NCBI GenBank assembly: GCA_050273025.1
Contig: CP158636.1
Span: 1,922,001-1,986,000 of the forward strand
Length of the DNA: 64,000 nucleotides
From: Cenococcum geophilum
Taxonomy: Eukaryota
Direction of reading: 5' to 3'
The translations under genes were made by a program, and so were the position numbers. This document shows, in pieces, positions 63,401 through 64,000 of the stretch (position 1 is the stretch's first letter; each line of letters opens with the position of its first letter). The notes under the pieces are model-generated. The model ran no database searches and was not told the origin of the DNA. It was given only the letters and a program-made list of their open reading frames with translations.

Positions 63401-64000
63401 AAGGTTTCTAATATATTTATTAGTAGCTCCTTTCTATATAGCTTCTAAGAGCCTTACAGCAGCTTCCTAATATCCATCCTAAAGAATATTAGTTTAGGGC
63501 CCTTAACTTTCTAACCTCGGCCTTAAGAAAGCTCTAGCTATAGAGGTAGTATTAATACTAGTAGCTAGTGTAGATTTCCCTATAAGGCTTAAGTCTTAAG
63601 TTAGTAGTTAGTTTAAATTACCTAAAGAGGTAGGCCCGCTTAGCTTATAAGTAGTCTATATACCGCTACTATACTAATTATAGGCCGGTAGTCTTCCGGG
63701 AAAGTTCTAGTTAGTTCCCTAGTTAAATATATTAGTATATTCCTCTAGCATTTCTAGCTTAAAGGAAGATCTTAAAGTCGCCTTTAGCGCTTAATCTTCT
63801 AATTAGCCTAGGTAGGGCTAAAGGGTTTTAGTTACTTTTTAGTAGCGTTATAACTATTATAAAGGGTGTTTACGTTTTCCTTAGCAGTAACCATAGGTAT
63901 ATAAAAGTCTTTAAGCTCTTAAAGCATTTAGGTATTAGGGCTCGTTTAGCCGTCTTGCCTAAAGGGTTATATTATCGCAATCTCTTACTATTAGAGGGAC

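Larger units (their letters stand above)
40670..64000 (-). mobile_element. Ty3/Gypsy chromovirus D (gag-PR-RT-RH-IN-chromo, long 3' region, 3' LTR), hosting three nested insertions; 5' LTR outside the window
   Basis: Candidate gag ATG at 63894; protease AL.(D)SG(A)(E)INL at ~62260-62295; RT VVYLD(D)ILIY at ~60900-60930; RNase H end (Q)AR(W)..F(D)FKI|YK(P)G..NPA(D) rejoined across 57045/45456; integrase ~43850-44750; chromodomain (W).G(W)...FT(W)E(P) at ~43310-43350; PPT seen as cctccccccttttt at ~40890-40903. Confidence 0.92.

Overview
Filamentous-ascomycete repeat graveyard, heavily mutated by repeat-induced point mutation (RIP): TpA is abundant, CpA/TpG are depleted, and coding remnants are broken by TAA/TAG where Q/W/R codons are expected. 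I found no intact gene, and most ORF-track entries are shadow frames. Motifs below were read by hand; residues in parentheses or marked de-RIPed reverse C>T/G>A changes. Layout: (1) 1-4449, 3' part of a chromoviral Ty3/Gypsy element. (2) 4450-9845, rearranged Tad1-like LINE pieces including a 2.35-kb palindrome. (3) About 10.2-31.4 kb, a gene-dense RIPed block: Plavaka transposase, a divergent SNF2-family ATPase gene, an intron-retaining 5' fragment of the RNAi/meiotic-silencing helicase Hrr1/SAD-3, two unknown genes and a DUF6532-like gene, bracketed by motif arrays in opposite orientation. This is a candidate large cargo-carrying Plavaka element and the most interesting signal. (4) 31.5-37.5 kb, a LINE fragment and stacked MITEs. 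(5) 37.5-64 kb, a deep nest with several TSD-confirmed insertions: a Fot1/pogo transposon holds Gypsy D, which holds Gypsy B and a pol-less GalEa-like element; Gypsy B holds a four-LTR tandem TRIM array.
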